Assembly: GCA_051382335.1 (NCBI GenBank)
Contig: JBBCAX010000349.1
Location: forward strand, 1-64,000
Source: Deltaproteobacteria bacterium TL4
Lineage (GTDB): Bacteria > SAR324 > NAC60-12
Reading direction: 5' to 3'
Length of the DNA: 64,000 bases
Below are positions 62,601-64,000 of this stretch, piece by piece. A model generated the notes under the pieces. That model did no database searches. It worked only from the letters and a program-made list of their open reading frames with translations, and was not told the origin of the DNA. Both the position numbers and the translations under genes were made by a program. The stretch's first letter is position 1, and each line of letters begins with the position of its first letter.

Positions 62601-62927
62601 ATAGAACTGGATTGTCATGGTTTGACTCAATCAAAAATGTCTTATTCCCATGCGTTGGTAATACAACTTATAGAAAACTATGGACACCTCGCGGTCACCC
62701 ATCAAAAAACAGGAAAACCCCTGCCCATGGTATATATTAAGGTTTATGCTCAAATGAAAGAGGGGGGAGTCCAATTTTACAAAGATGGGTACACGGATAT
62801 CAGAGGACGTTTTGATTACACGTCGCTAAATACGGATGAGTTGGATCAAGTCGATAAATTCGCGTTGTTAGTTTTAAGCAAAACCGACGGAGCAACCATT
62901 CGAGAAGCGCATCCACCTAAACGCTAA
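56658..62927 (+). CDS. 2089-aa secreted hypothetical protein, possibly macroglobulin-like
   Basis: GAGGTGG RBS, signal peptide and an uninterrupted ORF. There is no CxEQ motif and the function is unknown. Confidence 0.8.
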   Translation: MTIRILTAVWTLFWFNIALGNELGFLETFSLASNRQAALKQLIPGTEDYYYYHSLHAQNEGQWDHLAQYLEPWIKRYGYTLQVNEILNRQALFEYPQNPQKSLDYLKRKLGLYFNHQKEVTRQQSNFPSKLDESLIEWNQLLERALTRYQGLQDFENQGIEYLDAGSLDPKRQRQFLQRLETPDYPNLARWIVSDLRFEHSSGFGSHPIHGRLTLSQLQECARQMPELLNHSVFINTYLKRLWPSDDVNWQQNIPEKEAYYDRLWQFVKSLPPSQNSLKAHVLYHRLFHDRSQGVLDKARFTEYIKLPKQSNYANPQYFNHYQNRQFQANLGTNYQEVTQLPPITDDEPLIRDYLQYFFVKAEGYESYRDYFQESYLKALFAETKLLHGVGDAEAWYSLLSPEKVHELQEQVVLQLAPLNKEWFGSQEPVRLSVSVKNVKTLLVKIYQINTLNYYKQNNKEIPLDINLEGLVAKEEKTYPYEEVPLRQVLRHFEFPSLEKSGTAIIEFIGNGKSSRALIRKGRLYFVQKQSASGHEFTLFDERFNLLKSGSIWLSGHHYTADSTGHILVPYTNRPQRTSIILQAKDRATLSHFQHASEAYSLSAGLYVDREHLLRHQKAKVLIKPSLLINNNPISLNLLKNPGLQIETVDHDGVKVLKEVPNIQLFEDQETLYEFQVPPRLSTLQLRLKGEVQNLSQNKTETLEASSIFSFNQLDATSQTEVFYLSQVDDTYRLELLGKSGEAQAGRTVTVQLKHKYFHEMIYALLQTDQNGIIQLGKLLNIDWITANIDQSQSSKPQRFSLEQDHYSYPLSIHAKANSPLSIPYIGPQNTLTRQQVALFEKRGSDLFNNHFERLKLEKGFLEIQGLAPGNYELHLKQARQVIDVRVTQGVEKQDYLLSERRLLQFRERPFLHISDIKATTKQISIQLANYSKFSRVHVIATRFVPDFSVFKPLIPRQTTLSTQQFSQPQSRYHSERRIGDEVQYILDRQLFNPYPGNMLKHPSLLLNPMNLSQTETQTQQASEGEPLYDREEGRDVANRLSKQRSLPVPQNESFVNLDFLSKTSVVLTNLRPNSQGRLSLDPQQFAGYSQLHIVAVDPENTVYRKVKLTEVQNNFQDVRLQTPLESEKHYSEQKQIAVIPAGKLFVLKDISTSTFEAYDQLSEVYQLFLTLNPDAKLTEFQFVTQWQELTKDQKLEKYSKYASHELHFFLFKKDPVFFNQVVHPYLQHKQHKTFLDQWFLKDDLSSYQRLWPYTQLNTVEQILLAQRIPEEAKATLRTITDRYDLLPPDLEREHLLFKTALSRSSLDVGGKLGFADAKQKALQMKKASLRDEFSSIKETAPAPAGFETEAASEAKANRPSAMAPQMMAASPASKRKGGREGEQFYKKEEKRRQLVRPFYRKLEKTQEWVENNYYNLVPELQNASLIQVNRFWKDYARHNKETLFLSKYIAEASLNFSEIMFALSVLELPDKAEEHKVEYKGTQMELTAKSPMIVYYKAIQETPLVEDKVPLLINQHYFNYNDRYRYVSNERQEKYVTGEFLIHTVYGTQVVITNPTASQKKLDVLMQIPQGAVPVLNGFYTRSFHWKIEPYSTKQFEYHFYFPKSGLYSHYPAHVADKEQIIAYSSPSTIKVVERPTQVDKDSWNYISQSASDEEVLAFLYKNNLHRLDLNRIAFRMRNQEFFKQVLVLLDTFHVYNDTLWSYSIYHDDKTRLKDYLEHSSLLQQSGEFLESLLVTIDPIERKTYQHREYWPLVNARVHQLGSSRQLLNQRLFQQYQKFLKIMSYRTSLNSSDFMALSYYMLLQGRIDSALDAYRQVEAKKISTQLQYDYLTAYLAFYRLNYEQAHAIATRYQEYPVLRWKNAFLEILQQLKEAGGESTSVVNSEDRSELQTQLASTEPSYDFEVQGKHMVIRYQNIKQCGIHYYPMDIELLFSRNPFVKQYSGQFAYVTPSSSTTLSLPKDQKETTAALPAQFNNQNVMIELDCHGLTQSKMSYSHALVIQLIENYGHLAVTHQKTGKPLPMVYIKVYAQMKEGGVQFYKDGYTDIRGRFDYTSLNTDELDQVDKFALLVLSKTDGATIREAHPPKR

Positions 62928-63168
62928 AAGATTAGGGGGCAATCCTTCTGTTTGAAAAATCGCTTCAGGTTTCCCGAAGATGTGGTGACCCAACAACATA
63001 TTCAACGCTGCCGAGTTTATCTGCAAAACCCGCCTCCTGAAGAAGGGTGACCTTCCGGTGAAGAAGGGTAGAAGAGGTACATACCTACAGGCTTAAAAGA
63101 ACCTGTTGTCACTTGTTGTCAATTGGAAAATTTTTAGTAAAAAACCCGAAAACCGTTGCAAATGCTAG

Positions 63169-63242
63169 TAGCAGGGGGGAGACTTGAACTCCCGACCTCG
63201 CGATTATGAATCGCGCGCTCTAACCAGCTGAGCTATCCTGCC
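63169..63242 (-). tRNA. tRNA(CAT), probably elongator Met (Ile2 not excluded); CCA not encoded
   Basis: GGCAGGATAGCTCAG...CGCGA-TT-CAT-AA-TCGCG...TTCAAG...CCTGCTA. Lacks the initiator features (C1 mismatch, three G-C pairs). Confidence 0.92.
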
Positions 63243-63393
63243 ATAAAAGAGAAAAGACGTAGCGTCGAAAGAAGAACGGGTTATACTTATTTTTTTTCAA
63301 AAGGCAATTTATTAATAAGCATTTTCACAATTCTTCTTTCGATCTTCTTGATAACTTCAATACCCCCTGTGACTCATCGCGCAAGGAAGCCCA

Positions 63394-63999
63394 TTAACCA
63401 TATAATCGCTTTTTAACAAACTCATGTTCCGCATAGGGGGCTTTAGACAAGTAGTCCCTTAAGTCTCTCAAGGTTTTATAAGGCCATTCCCGTTGTATCA
63501 GATTGGCAATCGCTGGAGGAATTTTACCCAGAGGGTCGGTATGTATTTCAACGGTAATAGCCGTTTTTCCATTACCGATATCTTTCAAGTAATAGCTACT
63601 TTCATGAAGCAGTGCACGTACTCCAACTGTATCGGGGGCATCTTCATGTTCCACCGATGTGAGATCCAGCAATACAGACATGTCGTCTTTGTCTACTTCC
63701 CATGTCGCTTCAATCACATAATCTCTTTTTGCCACAGGAAAGGGAGGTTTGAAGGCTTGATAAATAATTATTGTTTGCTCACTAACACACTCGATTTCTC
63801 TGGAGGCAATAATTAAATCAGTCCACTTCATCCTTCCGTCATGATCCTCCAAGGCATGAGCAATTTGCGCGAGTGGAAAGGAAAACACAGCCTGCCCTTT
63901 AAAAGCAAAAATATTGCTATTTTCGATGGTTTTATAGTGGACCAGAATCCCATTCTTTTCGTTCACTTCCTTCCAGTCACCTTTGGCAATCATCGCGTT
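63394..63999 (-). CDS. START-domain lipid-binding protein; 5' end probably outside the window
   Basis: W...KNGILVH, PFPVAKRDYV and TDPLGKIP...AN. The frame stays open to the window edge. Confidence 0.85.
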   Translation of the reverse strand, partial: NAMIAKGDWKEVNEKNGILVHYKTIENSNIFAFKGQAVFSFPLAQIAHALEDHDGRMKWTDLIIASREIECVSEQTIIIYQAFKPPFPVAKRDYVIEATWEVDKDDMSVLLDLTSVEHEDAPDTVGVRALLHESSYYLKDIGNGKTAITVEIHTDPLGKIPPAIANLIQREWPYKTLRDLRDYLSKAPYAEHEFVKKRLYG

Positions 64000-64000
64000 T

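Noticed and set aside
63038..63069. TGAAGAAGGGT direct repeat downstream of tRNA(CAT)
   Set aside because: Only two 11-bp copies with no supporting context.

Overview
A 64 kb bacterial chromosomal segment from a diderm, AT-leaning genome. Its gene content looks deltaproteobacteria-like, but the taxonomy is not proven. In order it contains: (1) a tandem GTAG-type REP array and the last gene of a probable defence island (Swt1/HEPN-DUF499 ATPase); (2) a complete clade II, Sec-type nitrous-oxide reduction cluster on the minus strand (two cytochromes c, nosZ, orf176, two further cytochromes c, nosB, D, F, Y, L, G, H); (3) housekeeping genes (SDR, pdxA, ftsL-ftsI, crcB-DUF190-eno); (4) an envelope locus (TPR protein, 1758-aa secreted multi-domain protein, thioester alpha-2-macroglobulin, PBP1C) facing a lipoprotein with atypical kinase motifs; (5) tRNA-Ser, tRNA-Ser, tRNA-Arg(GCG), comEC, orphan fliG, a porin, yajC-secD-secF-tyrA, xth, fabB, a degenerate histidine kinase, engB, a REPIN, pilP/pilO and rpsA; (6) a 2089-aa secreted protein, a tRNA(CAT) and a truncated START-domain gene. 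The strongest leads are an apparently split NosZ whose C-terminal helical extension is a separate exported protein, the extended A2M locus with an extracytoplasmic kinase-like neighbour, the giant thioester-less A2M-like protein, and a rare tRNA-Arg(GCG). All calls come from motif reading and recalled family knowledge. No searches were run.
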